64,000 nt of DNA, from the NCBI RefSeq assembly GCF_006345805.1, contig NW_021833007.1, positions 30,001 to 94,000 on the forward strand. Direction: 5' to 3'. Shown piece by piece: positions 51,492 to 64,000 of this stretch; position 1 is the first letter of the stretch; each line of letters opens with the position of its first letter. The position numbers and the translations under genes were made by a program. A model generated the notes under the pieces. That model was not told the origin of the DNA, did no database searches, and saw only the letters and a program-made list of their open reading frames with translations. The stretch is from Octopus sinensis. Lineage: Eukaryota.

Positions 51492-52042
51492 GTAAGATGC
51501 CAATGACTATTTTGGATATTTGTAAACTTCTGTCTTTACTGAGATGTCATATTTTTCCCTTCTTACTTATGAATGTTATTTTTTGGTAATATTTCAGTTT
51601 TTCTTTTTTATCTCTTTAGAAGCTCCCTTTTTTGTTCTGCTATTTTTGTATTGCTTTTCTTTTACTTTTTGTTCAGTTGTAACTTTCATTTTCTTTTATT
51701 TTTGTTGGGGTATGTTTGGCTTGCATATTCTATATTTTTTTTAATAAATATAAGCATCATTCAAACTTTAGTCCTTATTTTATCATTATGTAACACAATT
51801 TTTGAACTTTGTATAAGATCTTTATTCAGTATTTCAATTAGGAGACAGTTAGTTTTAAACACCATATTTTTTTTAATAGTTTTATTTGGTAAAGAAATTA
51901 TGGAGTGAAGTTTTAAGCATAATCAAAATTCTATTGAAATCCTAATTTTTCAATGTAATATGATTTGTAAAACATGCATTCATAACAGCCATTGTTTTAA
52001 TACTCATTAATATTATATATACATAGAAAGATATATACATAT

Positions 52043-52130
<88 letters not shown>

Positions 52131-52199
52131 TATATATATGTATGTATATATATATGTATATATATATGTGTGTGTATATATATGTATGTATGCAGGTAT

Positions 52200-52261
<62 letters not shown>

Positions 52262-52735
52262 GCACAGATATATACATATTTGTACATACACATGCACACA
52301 TACACACACGCACATACATGTATGTATATAAAACAATTACAGTATAGAAGAAAGATATTTGTTATTTAAAAACTCTTTACTACACTTCAACATTTATTAT
52401 TTGTCAATATCAAGTAAAAATATTTAAGTTAACAGTGTTTACATGATTCTGTAATGGTTAATATACATTTTCAGGTCATAATTGTTTTAGTATCAACACA
52501 TGGTCTCGGGTCAAATTATTTACCAGGCAAGTACATGTGTTTGTGTGTGAGTGAATGAGTATGTGTGTGTGTGTGTGTTTCTTTTATGTGTTTAAATCAT
52601 TTGACTGTGGCCATGCTGGAGCACTACCTTAAACAGTTTTAGTTAAAGAAATTGACCCCAGGACTTATTCTTTTTAAGCCTAGTACTTATTCTATCGGTG
52701 TCTTTTATTGGTGTCTTCTATCGCTGTATATATAT

Positions 52736-52801
<66 letters not shown>

Positions 52802-52813
52802 TCACACATATAT

Positions 52814-52844
<31 letters not shown>

Positions 52845-52904
52845 ATGTTGAATCGTTAGCTCCTGCACGCATTTTTTTTCTCTCCTTGATTCTTTTTCTG
52901 TGTA

Positions 52905-52942
52905 TCTTTCTGTCGAAGAGCGTAGGCTCGAAACATAAAAGA
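52905..52942 (+). ncRNA. Hammerhead-like motif variant in a short repeat
   Basis: tcttt-CTGTCGA-A-GAGC-gtag-GCTC-GAAA-cata-aaaga. Confidence 0.4.
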
Positions 52943-53069
52943 CTTGTTTTATTTCTATTCCTGAGCGCCATACTAATACAATTGTTTGTTTGTACTCCAC
53001 CTGCCTTCATCTTTTGTTTATTTTCATAAACCTGCCTTCGTCTTTTGTTTATTTTCGTAAACCTTCTCG

Positions 53070-53120
<51 letters not shown>

Positions 53121-53224
53121 ATATACACATACATGTATATATATATAGTTCTAAATTTGAGAGATGAGGAATTATGTACATTATTTATATTAGTTACATT
53201 TGATGGAAATTTGTCCTTATCTTG

Positions 53225-53278
53225 TTTGTTGTTAACACATTTTGCCTGATATACTCTCCAGCCTTCATCAGGTGTCCT
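53225..53278 (-). ncRNA. Degenerate hammerhead-like motif
   Basis: Minus strand acac-CTGATGA-A-GGCTG-gagagtatat-CAGGC-AAAA-tgtgtt. Confidence 0.4.
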
Positions 53279-53323
53279 GGGGGAAATTTTGAACTTGGAT
53301 TCTGATTCCCAAGGTATTTTTCC

Positions 53324-53435
53324 TACCACCACCACCACCACCACCACCACCACCACCACCACCTTCTTCTTCTTCTTCTTCTTCTTCTTCTCTTCTTCTT
53401 CTTCTTCTTCTTCTTCTTCTTCTTCTTCTTCTTCA
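53324..53435. repeat. Compound microsatellite (ACC)n(TTC)n
   Basis: Read directly; many other (TA)n, (TG)n, (TATG)n and (ATT)n tracts occur, e.g. 2635-2960, 40255-40580, 41005-41108, 52035-52330, 56670-56845. Confidence 0.95.
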
Positions 53436-54734
53436 TCAATTTTAAGAAGCACAATCATTTTGTAGTTGAGGTTTTGTATTACTGACCACATAGTCAGCTC
53501 AAGACTTCCACTAGCCCTTTGAGTTGTGCATTTCCTCCACTGAACCAATAATAGGTGCAACTCCTGATTTATGGTTTCATGGATGATTATAGAAAGAGTG
53601 TTCAGCTGCAAAGATTGCATATTTTATTAAATTAATTTGCAGAAGCCACATATGCTGATGTAAAATAATGGTTGTAAGACAGTAAAAATTATGTTGCCGT
53701 AGTAATTATTTACTAAATTGAAATGTAACTGTTCTTTAATTCATTGAGGAATTTTATTGTTAATAAGGTTAACAATGTTCTTTATTTTCTGACTATTGTT
53801 CTGCTACATTCAAATAATTATGATATTCAACATGTTAAATGTACTGCAGACTTATTCATGGGTCAATTTGTTCATTTGACATTAACTTTGAGTATTTTGG
53901 AACATCACTCAGCATTAAAATTTTTTACACTTGATAAGACATGTCAAGCCATGTAAAATTGCTGTCTTCCACACATATAGGCTTGTCTTTTCAGGTACTG
54001 GTGCCACTTAAAAAGCACCTGTGCTAGTGCTGCTTTAATGCACCATACTGTGTAAACACACCTGAGACAGTGACATGTATAATGTACCCAGTAAACTGGT
54101 TGGCATTAGGAAGGGCATCCAGCCACAACAGAGAGTTGGAGTCCAGACAGCCCCTGCTAGTCAGCTCCGTGTCAAACTGTCCAACCCATGCCAGCATGGA
54201 GCTCGGACATTAAACAATGATGATGGTGATGATGATGATGATGGTGATGGTGATGGTGATCCTGAATACTGAGTACCTCTGTCACACATCCTACTTTTTA
54301 TTTTCATTCATGCCCCAGTCTTTTTTGCCCCTAACTTCACTTTGTAATGAGATTGCAAGGAAGCAGAGATGTAGAGTTGTGAGGCCCCTTTAGTTGTTTC
54401 AGGGACATGGCTAGCTCTTTAGAGCGGGTGTCATTAAAAGTGTATCAGTACACTCTGTGTGAAGGCCCGTAAACTTGTGAAGGGCATGACTCTTCTCTAG
54501 TATTGCTACCATGGAAAAGAATATGCCCAGTATATTCTGTAAAATGGTTTCTTTTCGAGGCCTAACTTACCTTATTATTTTGATGTTAATTTACACCAAC
54601 TACCTCCCCATTCCACTATTATAGCCTTACCTAGCTGTTTCCTTTACCTAAATATTCTGTTTGTGTAAAGGTATAGTCATTGCTGACCCTCCTTCAACAG
54701 TAGCAGTTTTTTTACCCTCTTCTTATTCTCTAAT

Positions 54735-54776
<42 letters not shown>

Positions 54777-55559
54777 GGTGTATGGTTAATTCCCTTTCTC
54801 ATCCGATATATGAAACTTGTATTATAGCTTCATATTACTTGACAACATTTACTTCTTTTTGAAATTTTACATGTTTTTCTTTCCACATTCCTTACAAGTA
54901 AAATTGATTTTTGTTTTGTTTCACACTCTTACATTGAAATAAGTTACTACATTCCCCTCTTTCTATTCTTTCATTCCTTTCTTATTCTTTTATGTATAGT
55001 TCTCTATTTAACTAAATTCTTTTTTTCCATCTGTACTTAATGGCAGACCTAATGGCTACATAAGCCCTTCACTCCCTATGAAACATAGGCCATTGTGACT
55101 TTTCTCAATTGTGGGCTGTTTTTCTACTTCTCTCCAGTTGGATCCCTGCTTTTATAGCTCTATCTCATATATTTCCCTAAGTAGAGGTGGAATTTCTCTC
55201 ACCGATTTTGTTGATTTGAAATTGCCATCAGTGCTTCTATAATTTTATTTTTTTCTAGATCAGGGTTTTGGCCCTATGCAAACTCACTTTTACTTCTGGG
55301 AAGAGGTGGTCCATTAGTCTGGCCTCTGTCCTTTGACCTGTCCAACATGGAAGGTCCTGCTAGGAGCCTGCACACTGCTGGAATAGCTCTTATGGTCATT
55401 GAAGCTTATAAGTCACCACACTACAAGAAGGACTGGACCTTGTGTTGGAATTACAGACATCTTGCCACTTTATTTGTAGTTCATCCTTCTCTATTCCTCT
55501 GCTCATGTGGCAGGACTCCATTTTCCAGATGTCCATACATTGACTCTGCGAGTACTCCA

Positions 55560-55718
55560 GTCAATAATTACCACATAAGTGGCAAACAGGATATTGACCT
55601 GTAATTGTCTACCGTATTGCCTCTTTTGATGTTTTTCAAGCACAGCACTGTCCTACCCAATGTCAACCACTCTGGAGTTACTTGGTCAGTATTTAACAAG
55701 GTGTTGAGTTGCACAGCT
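55560..55718 (-). mobile_element. Dong/R4-like LINE RT fragment
   Basis: [35 protein letters not shown]. Confidence 0.7.
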
Positions 55719-55729
55719 AGTTGGGGATG

Positions 55730-56690
55730 ACAGCCCTGAGAGAAATGCTGGACATAAGAAGCATCAGATGTGGCATGCAAGAGAGACGTTTGCGTTGGAT
55801 GGTCATGTACTGTGGATGGATGAGGAGAGATGTGTGAAGAAGTGCCACTCCCAAACAGTTGAAGGTATCTGGAGGAGAGGTAAATCCAGGAAGACATGGG
55901 ATGAGGTGGTCAAGCATGACCTTCGAACGTTGGGTTTCACAGAGGCAATGACGAAAGACCGAGATCTCTGGAGATATGCTGTGACTACAAAGGCCCGACA
56001 AATAATGTGAGTTCATGGCTGTTTCCTGCACCATTTTCGCATAGCCCCAGCCCATCCAAAGTACCTTGGATTGCAGAACGACCTGCTAGGCTTACCTTGG
56101 ATCGTAGGGTGACCTGCTGTGCTTGAGGAGACCTATTGAGTCAAGTACATCAATATTAAAATAAATATCAAATAGAAATTGCAGTTGTGATACCTGTGCC
56201 GGCGGCACATAAAAAGCACCATCCAAACGTGGCCGATGCCAGCGCCGCCTTTACTGGCTTCTGTTCCGGTGGCACATGACCTGCTGTGCTTGAGGAGACC
56301 TATTGAGTCAAGTACATCAACGTCAAAATAAATATCAAATGGAAATTGTAGTTGTGATACCTGTGCCAGTAGCACCAAAAAAGCACCATCCGAATGTGGT
56401 CGATGCCAGCGCCGCCTTGATTGGCTTCTGTTCCAGTGGCATGTAAAAAGCACCAACCGATTGTTGCCGCTGCCAGCCTTCCCTGGAACCTGTACCAGTG
56501 GCATGTAAAAAGCACCCACTACACTCACGGAGTGGTTGGCGTTAGAAAGGGCATCCAGCTGTAGAAACACTGCCAGATCAGATTGGGGCCTGGTGCAGCC
56601 TCCTGGCTTCTCAAACCCCGGTCGAACTGTCCAACCTGTGCTAGCATGGAAAACAGATGTTAAACGACAATGATGATGATGATGATGATT
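55730..56690 (+). mobile_element. RTE LINE 3' fragment with internal duplication
   Basis: Same family as 32337-33915 ([15 protein letters not shown]...RKTWDEVV); 56110-56275 duplicated at 56278-56445. Confidence 0.88.
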
Positions 56691-56697
56691 ATTATTA

Positions 56698-56746
<49 letters not shown>

Positions 56747-57322
56747 CAGTAGTAGTAGTAGCAGCAGCAGTTGCAGTAGTAGTGGTGGTGGTGGTGATGC
56801 TGGTGTTGGTGCTGGTAGTAGTAGTAGTAGTAGTAGTAGTAGTAAAATTAATCCTTTTCCTTTCAGTGAAAATTTTGACCCAGAAGGTTAATGTCTCAAA
56901 TCCTGCTTATTATCCATTTATCGTGGATTAATAATATGTTCCACTTTCAAATGAATCTGATATGTAACCTGTTATATTTCCATTTCAAAGTACAAGGCAT
57001 GTGGACTGCAAGTGGAGACTAATATATCTGGGAGTGGGTTTCCAAACCGCTGTCCTCTTTCTTGCATTTAAACACTTCCCATATTTGCTTGTTGATTCAA
57101 GCTAGTTGTTACTGTAAGACATGTCCAATAGATTCTGAAAATGAGATTGATTAAATCTTCAGATGTCAGACTAATGAATTTAGGAAGGATATTGTTTCAA
57201 ACCAAACAAAGAACTAAGAAGGAAACATGAAAAGCCCTTAAAACAAACTAACAAACAAACATAAAGATAGTTTTGCTTTAAAAAAAAATAATCACATTTG
57301 AAAGAAAAACTGTCCTCCTATT

Positions 57323-57354
<32 letters not shown>

Positions 57355-59650
57355 TACATAGGTGCCGGTATAGCTGTGTGGTAAGAGGTTTGCTTCCCAA
57401 CCACATGGTTCTGGGTCTCATCGTGTGGCCCATTGGGCAGGTGTCTTCTATTATAACCTTGGGCCAATCAAAGCCTTGTGAGTGGATAATGGATTTGGTA
57501 GGCGGAAACTGAAAGAAGCTTGTTGTATTGTGTGTGTGTGGTGTGTGTGCATGTGTGTGCGTGTGTGGTGTGTGTGTGCGTGTGGTGTGTGTGTGCGTGT
57601 GTGTGTGTGCATGTTTGTGTATATCCTCCACCACTGCTTGACAACCAGTGTTGATGTGTTTTACATCCCTCGTAACTTAACAGTTTAGTAAAAGAAAATG
57701 ATAGAGTAAATATCACACACAAAAAAAGTAATAATTACTGGGGTCAATACATTCGATTAAAATTCTTCAAGGTGGTGCCCCAGCATGGCCCCAATCTAAT
57801 GATTGGAAAAAGGAAAAAATAAAAATAGAGACACACACATGCACATCCTAGATTCTTGATGTAGAGTCATGTGTTGAAACTCATACAAGCTTGACAGGAA
57901 CTGAAGGAGGAGAGAAAACCTTGTCTGTGCCATACCAGTATGCTAAACTATAACATGAGGCTTGATAGATAACATAGATGTTAGGATCTTATTGACACAT
58001 CAAACAGACACAACACTCAGGCAGATTACAGAGGCTACACACATAATAGAAAATAGATTGAGCTTCAATACCCTGCAATCTAACAACTGAAGACTGAACA
58101 AGAAGTAAAATGACACAGTTACAGTGTAATATTCAAAGCCGTATACATGTACACAAGATACACATTTGCACAGCAAACATAGATGTGTGCACACAGACAC
58201 ACACACACACACATACTTACACACACACACTGATGCAGATGCAAACATTTGTGCAAATAAGGATACATATAACAAAAGATAAAATGGGATAAACGGGACA
58301 AGACCAGAGAGAAGAAGAGACATGAAGAACAGATAGTCATTGAAGAAGTTACTGTAAGTGTGATGAAAGAACTCTGACAAATAAACTAATAATGATAATA
58401 ATAATAGCAAAGCTACAGTAAAGATCAAATAAATAGCATGTATGTTTATCAGCAAAAGGATCATCCCCAAATATAACAGTATATATTCATATCTATACTA
58501 TACAATATTATTGAAAGATGTTAGCCTCAGACAGTGCTCATCGGAAGAGCTGGTATGAAAATGAATCTATAATACTGTATATATTAATATACTAACTCTA
58601 TTAAGATATACTTGTTTTTTTCTGACTTATGTATCCTTTGATGACTATATATATATGTTTATATTAAGTATATGATTTAACTTATTAAACACAGTTCAAC
58701 AAATTCATTCATATTTATGTAAATTGAGGAGAATAGATATTAAAATGGATTATAATTTTTATTACTCATGTTGCTATACAAATTTGTTTTGCACAGAAAG
58801 TCAGAGATATATTTAGAAATATATACATATATAAAAGTATATATAATATGTGTGTGTGATATTTAGTTGTATCTCTCTACATCCGGTGCTCAAATTTTAC
58901 TGAGGCTAACTTTGTCTTTCTTTCAGGTTTTATAAAATAGACTAGCAGATAAGTACTGCAGTTGATTTAAGTGATGATAACCTTTCCTCCAAAATATGAG
59001 GCTTCCTGTCAATGTTAGTAATGAATATATTATAAAAATCAATAGAATACTGGGTAAAATGCCATGTAGTAATTATTGTATTTACCCATATATAATTTGC
59101 ACTATTTTATACTAGAAAAACTGGGGTCCTACTTATTCGTGGGGCAAAGCTAAAACTAATACTCTATGCAACCTTTGTACCAAGGTTTAACACTAAATTA
59201 GGGGTGCAATTTGCACACAGGTAAGTAACATAGTTATGCTTCTTTACATTTTGAGCCTAAATCTCACTGAGAGTAAATATGTCTTTCATCATTCAGGATT
59301 TGATAAAACAATTTCCTTACAACCACTGGGGTTGAAATGATGGTCTGTTCCTCCCTCCAAAATGTGTGGCCATGTGCCTGTTATAAATCAATATAATAAA
59401 ATCAATTTTCTTTCCTTCTGAAATGATTTACATTTGTTGTTGTTGTTTAGAAGAATTATATCTGAAAGTTATCCCATGCATGTTATTGGTTCCTGCCTAT
59501 AATTTTTAAAATATTTTAATATAATTAATTTAATATTGATTCTGTAATTGTTTTATTGTAAAGAGTAAACTTTCAGTCAGCTTCCAATTTTGTGCTGTTA
59601 CCATTCATTTAAGTACTAATCACAATGTTACTATTTTGTCTTTGTTGCAG

Positions 59651-59754
59651 AAAGACTTAATCATACTAGTAATTCTCCTGATTACTTTTATCTATATGAC
59701 TTTCTTCTTGTACTTCTGGCTTGTGGTTGAGAATGATTCAAATGATTTTAATTG
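59651..59754 (+). CDS. GDPD5: GDPD5-like copy 2, second coding exon (TM1)
   Basis: ttgttgcag|AAA...TG|gtgagt; KDLIILVILLITFIYMTFFLYFWLVVENDSNDFNW resembles WERLWFLLLTFTFGLTLTWLYFWWEVHNDYDEFNW. Confidence 0.92.
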
Positions 59755-60189
59755 GTGAGTAACAAATTTGTTTCCAATTATATTAGCGGAAGTGTGTGTG
59801 TGACAGGCTTCTTTCAGTTTCTGCCCCAGGAGACACTTACTCAAGATGCCATGCAGTAGGACTGAACCTAGAACCATATGGTTGGGAAGCAAGCTTCTTT
59901 ATTTCATCAAATTTGCCATAAAGACATTACATAGATAGAAGCAAGTGTGGGCTGGACAACAATACAAATGAAGTGAACGATGAGCAAAATAATAATGATA
60001 TTGATGAGAGAGGCAGGCGATGCCTGCCAATCGATGCTTCTCGAGAACATTGTTCTTTTTTTTCTCTTTTATAAAACCAATTGAGGTTATAAACCTCTTA
60101 CTATAGTTCATTGGGACACTAAGCCTCTTACATTTTTCACAAATGGACTCCAAGTCCTTACAAAAATGAGGCACTAAGCCTCTTACCTT

Positions 60190-61620
60190 TTTTTACAACT
60201 CAAAGCATTAAAGCTTCTTACTTCCATGCCTGACTAAACACACTGCCTCATTGAAGCACCTGGAAGGTGCCGAGTCAGGCCACTTTAGCATGAATTTAAA
60301 TATATCCTCGGGGAAGGAATTCATTACCCTGCACAAGGTGGTTTCCCCTATGACCTCTGCAGCCACCTGCAGAGGCAAATCAGGGTCTTCAGTACAAGAT
60401 AAAACCCCTTCCCTCCGGCCTTTTTTTTGTTAACTTGTTTACGAAGTTCTCCTAAGCCCCTCCCTTGTGAAGGAGGATTATAAATTCCTCGTCCCTTGCA
60501 TAGGAAGGGGCCACAGTTTCTTCCATCAGTGGCACAATTCCCACTGATGGGGTTTCAGGACATGCCAGCAGTGTGTTACTAACCGGCACCAATGTCCTGT
60601 TTTTCTTTTTCTTTTTTTTTTCCTTAAGCTACGGGAGGGTGGAGTTCTTCCATTTTGTCCAGAAGGTTTCCTTCCCTCCCATAACCTTCGGATCCTTCAG
60701 GGGACAACCATTGTTACCCACCTTGTTCCTTTTATGGCCCTTTTTTGAGGAGGTTTCCACCTCCTTGACTGTCTCCATCTCTCCCTCCGAATGGGGAGGG
60801 GTCAATTTCTCTCCAACCAACTGTTCCGGGACCCTACTATGGTGCTGAGAACAGTTCTTTTTAATGTGGCCTGGTTCCAGGCACAGGTGACACTTGGGAG
60901 AGTGTACCTCAAGTATCACTGGATATCTGCAACCGGCCATTTTCAAAAAATCTGGAAAAACCAGATTTTTGGCTGATTGGGTCCACAGGGTCAAAATAGC
61001 TTTTGACCCAACCCAATAAGCCGCTGGCAAAATTTTAGCATTAAGCAGCTTGGATCCGCTGCCACCTTTACCCTGGTGGATATTGTCTTCTATCCACTCG
61101 AGTTCTATCCGAGGTGGCAACCTGCAGACCCAAGCTCTTGTCAACTCCTTCCCACAGTACATGGGAAGAACCAAAATCTCTTTGCCCTCTAAGGGATGAC
61201 TTGCAAATTTGCGAGCCTCCTCAGGGGTGTCAAATTTAGCAATCACACTGTTGCATATTTTACCCCGCTGGAGATGAATTTAATAGTTGGCAAATACTCT
61301 GCCAACTCTTTTTCAATTTGAGTCTTTTGGAAGAGGGTGATGGTGTCGAGCAACTTTAAGTAAGTCCTTAACACCACCTTCCTCTCTTCAAAGTCTTTCA
61401 TCCACTGCTTGGGTGGGACAATCCCCCACTCCAACACAGTGTTGTTTGTCTTTTTTGCTATGTTTTTTTTGGAAAAAAGTTCACAAAAAACAAAAGTTCA
61501 CAGAGTCAAAAAGAAACAAAAATGCAGGAAGGAAGGAAGAAGACAAGAAACAGTTCAAAAACACAGCAAACTATTTTTCTGGCTGTCCTGGTACTCCTGG
61601 CTAACTTGGTAATCCTCTTG
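60190..61620 (-). mobile_element. L1/Tx1-like LINE 5' fragment (ORF1, frameshifted)
   Basis: ORFs 61243-61437 and 60629-61246 with RRM-like AKFDTPEEA and zinc knuckle CHLCLEPGHIKKNC. Confidence 0.75.
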
Positions 61621-62216
61621 GTAACCCAGGGTACAAAACAGTCACACAACAATTCCACCAAAAATTGGTAAAAAATAAGCACAATTATAGGAGGAGGGAT
61701 ATGCTCCCAAAACACACTTCTCACTGCTAAGTGAGACTTCTAATCACAACTACAGGTAGACAATTTGCCAGGAACTCAGTGGAGATTTCTTGTTCGACAA
61801 AATAAAAAGAACACGAGCAACAAACTCTCACTAAATCACCCCCAAAAAACAAATGTCTTACCTGGTAGTTGTGCTTCACTTGTTCAATAATTCATAACGC
61901 TGGTGTACAGTGACATGACTCCTAGCAGTGCAAAGAAAACACTGACCAACACATGCGCAGGAAGCAAGCTTCTTACCACACAACCACACCTGCCCCTATA
62001 TGCATGTGTGTATGCGTGTCTAATTAAACAGGTACCTAGCATTGACAAAGCTCAACAACGATGAAATGTGTTTGTAGTTCTGGTGAGTTACTGCAGTGAT
62101 GATATTCATCTCATTCCTATATAAATTGTGATTTTAATGTAACAAGCCTGTTAAGAGATTTTATCTCAGACAATTCCTCAGCTTCATACCTTCTAACAGT
62201 GTATATACGTGATTAA

Positions 62217-62602
62217 GACGGATGCGCAATGGCCCAGTGGTTAGGGCAGCGGACTCGCGGTCATAGGATCGTGGTTTCGATTCCCAGACCGGGCGTTGTG
62301 AGTGTTTATTGAGCGAAAACACCTAAAGCTCCACGAGGCTCCGGCAGGGGATGGTGGTGATCCCTGCTGTACTCTTTCACCACAACTTTCTCTCACTCTT
62401 ACTTCCTGTTTCTGTTGTACCTGTATTTCAAAGGGCCGGCCTTATCACTCTCTGTGTCACGCTGAATATCCCCGAGAACTACGTTAAGGGTACACGTGTC
62501 TGTGGAGTGCTCAGCCACTTACACGTTAATTTCACAAGCAGGCTGTTCCGTTGATTCGGATCAACCGGAACCCTCATCGTCGTAACCGATGGAGTGCTTC
62601 CC
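62217..62602 (+). mobile_element. Full-length tRNA-derived SINE (third family)
   Basis: tggcccagtggtt A-box, ggtttcgattccc B-box, perfect 12-bp TSD atacgtgattaa (62205-62216 / 62603-62614). Confidence 0.9.
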
Positions 62603-64000
62603 ATACGTGATTAAAGACTGATTAAAGTATAATTCTGACATTTGCTGCTCTGAAAGATGAGAATGTATTAAAAGACAGCCACAAAGAATGTTCATATATA
62701 TTGAGGTTATTTTCAAATTTCTTTTGTGAGCTGGTAGTAATTCTGAAAAACCAGAAATTATCTTCATCATTATGTTATGTAATAGAGTAGCAAGCGGGCA
62801 GAATAGTTACTGCACCAGACAAGATGCTTGGTGACATTTTCTGTGTTTTTTTTACATTCTGAGTTCAAATACTGCCAAAGTCAACTTGTACATGCTGCTG
62901 AATAGGTGCTTTTTACATGGTGCTGACAGGAGTGCTTTTTACATGGTTCTCTGGTACATATTTTCCTACTCTCTTTTGTCTGTGGTGGGACAAACATATA
63001 TGCACATGTATATGAAGGGATTTTTTCAGTTTCCATCTTCCAAATCCACTCACAAGGCTTCGGTTGGCTTAGGGCTATAGTAGAAGACACTTGCCCAAAG
63101 TGCTACTCAGTGGGAATGAACCTGGAGCCATGTGGTTGGGAAGCAAATTTCTTACCACACAGCTACACCAGCACCTAGACAATAACTTTGAATGAGCAAA
63201 TTTTAAGGAAAATCTCAAGTAATAAATACAATGGTGTAATAAGAATAGGAGGTGAAAACTGAGCTAAAATATCTTTAGTTAGTGGTTGATGCTTGCAGAT
63301 TGTCTAAGAAAGCTATGATATTATAGGATTAAGATTTGTTTAATGGAGCTTGGGTTTAAGAAGAGTAATGTTCAAAGATAGATATAACTGTAAAGATATA
63401 ATTATTTCACTAATCTGTGTCTAAAACCATCAAAATATGCATATTTGATATAAAAACTAATGTTGAATTGTCACTATTTATTTCTGATAGTTATTTCTAT
63501 TATTTTATTTTTGTTATAGAAAGAATGCCCTCTCTGTAACTTCACAGTTATCACAAAAATAAATATTAGACTAATTTCTCTCTAAATTATACGTTTTTAA
63601 TGCTGTTTGATTCAACTCCAAGAAAAATTTAATTGTAGGGAATTAGTTTGAAGGTACATTTGATTATACCTGTATCATCATTACAGTACAACACATACTT
63701 GGTACCATACTTACAAATTTATTAAACTTTTTTGTTTAGCAACTCAAAGTATTAAATATTTAATCAAAATCTTTTAATCTGTTAATTATGGATTCTCTTC
63801 AGCCATTTACATTTGTAAAGCCAAACCAGTCATTTACCTCTCTGATGGCCTTGAAGGTCAATTTATTTTGTATCTATCAGGAAATGCTGCATGCAGATGA
63901 TTCATCTTCATTGTTATCATCATTGATTTAATGTCTAGTTTGTGCTCGTGTAGGTCAGATGTAATTTGTTGAGGTAGATTTTCTATGGCCAGATACCCTT

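Noticed and set aside
53024-53620. ORF with poly-E/K/V tracts
   Set aside because: Translation of the (TTC)n(ACC)n microsatellite
62221-62296. tRNA gene
   Set aside because: tRNA-like head continues into a SINE body flanked by TSDs; cloverleaf imperfect

Overview
AT-rich eukaryotic genomic DNA, dense in microsatellites and transposons. The SINE, RTE, Dong/R4 and Penelope families look like those of an octopus or other coleoid cephalopod (inference). Host genes on +: (1) the last five coding exons of a GDPD5/GDE2-like glycerophosphodiester phosphodiesterase (3458-9598), with a GC-AG intron and a TAA followed by a 30-codon in-frame extension; (2) the first two coding exons of a second, tandem GDPD5-like gene (31963-32079, 59651-59754). 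The 27.6-kb first intron of the second gene contains a TMUB1-like ORF broken only by a TGA at a conserved Trp, a candidate alternative first coding exon (51330-51491) downstream of a CCAAT + RFX X-box, and a decayed minus-strand ORF of unknown family. The rest is nested mobile DNA: two decayed autonomous Helitrons (one with an OTU protease domain), non-autonomous Helitrons, two solo LTRs with 4-bp TSDs, a near-intact IR/DR Tc1, mariner, pogo, hAT and piggyBac-type elements, RTE, Hero, Dong/R4, L1/Tx1 and Penelope-like retroelements, hammerhead-ribozyme-like motifs and many tRNA-derived SINEs. All homology calls come from manual translation and remembered family motifs; no database search was run.
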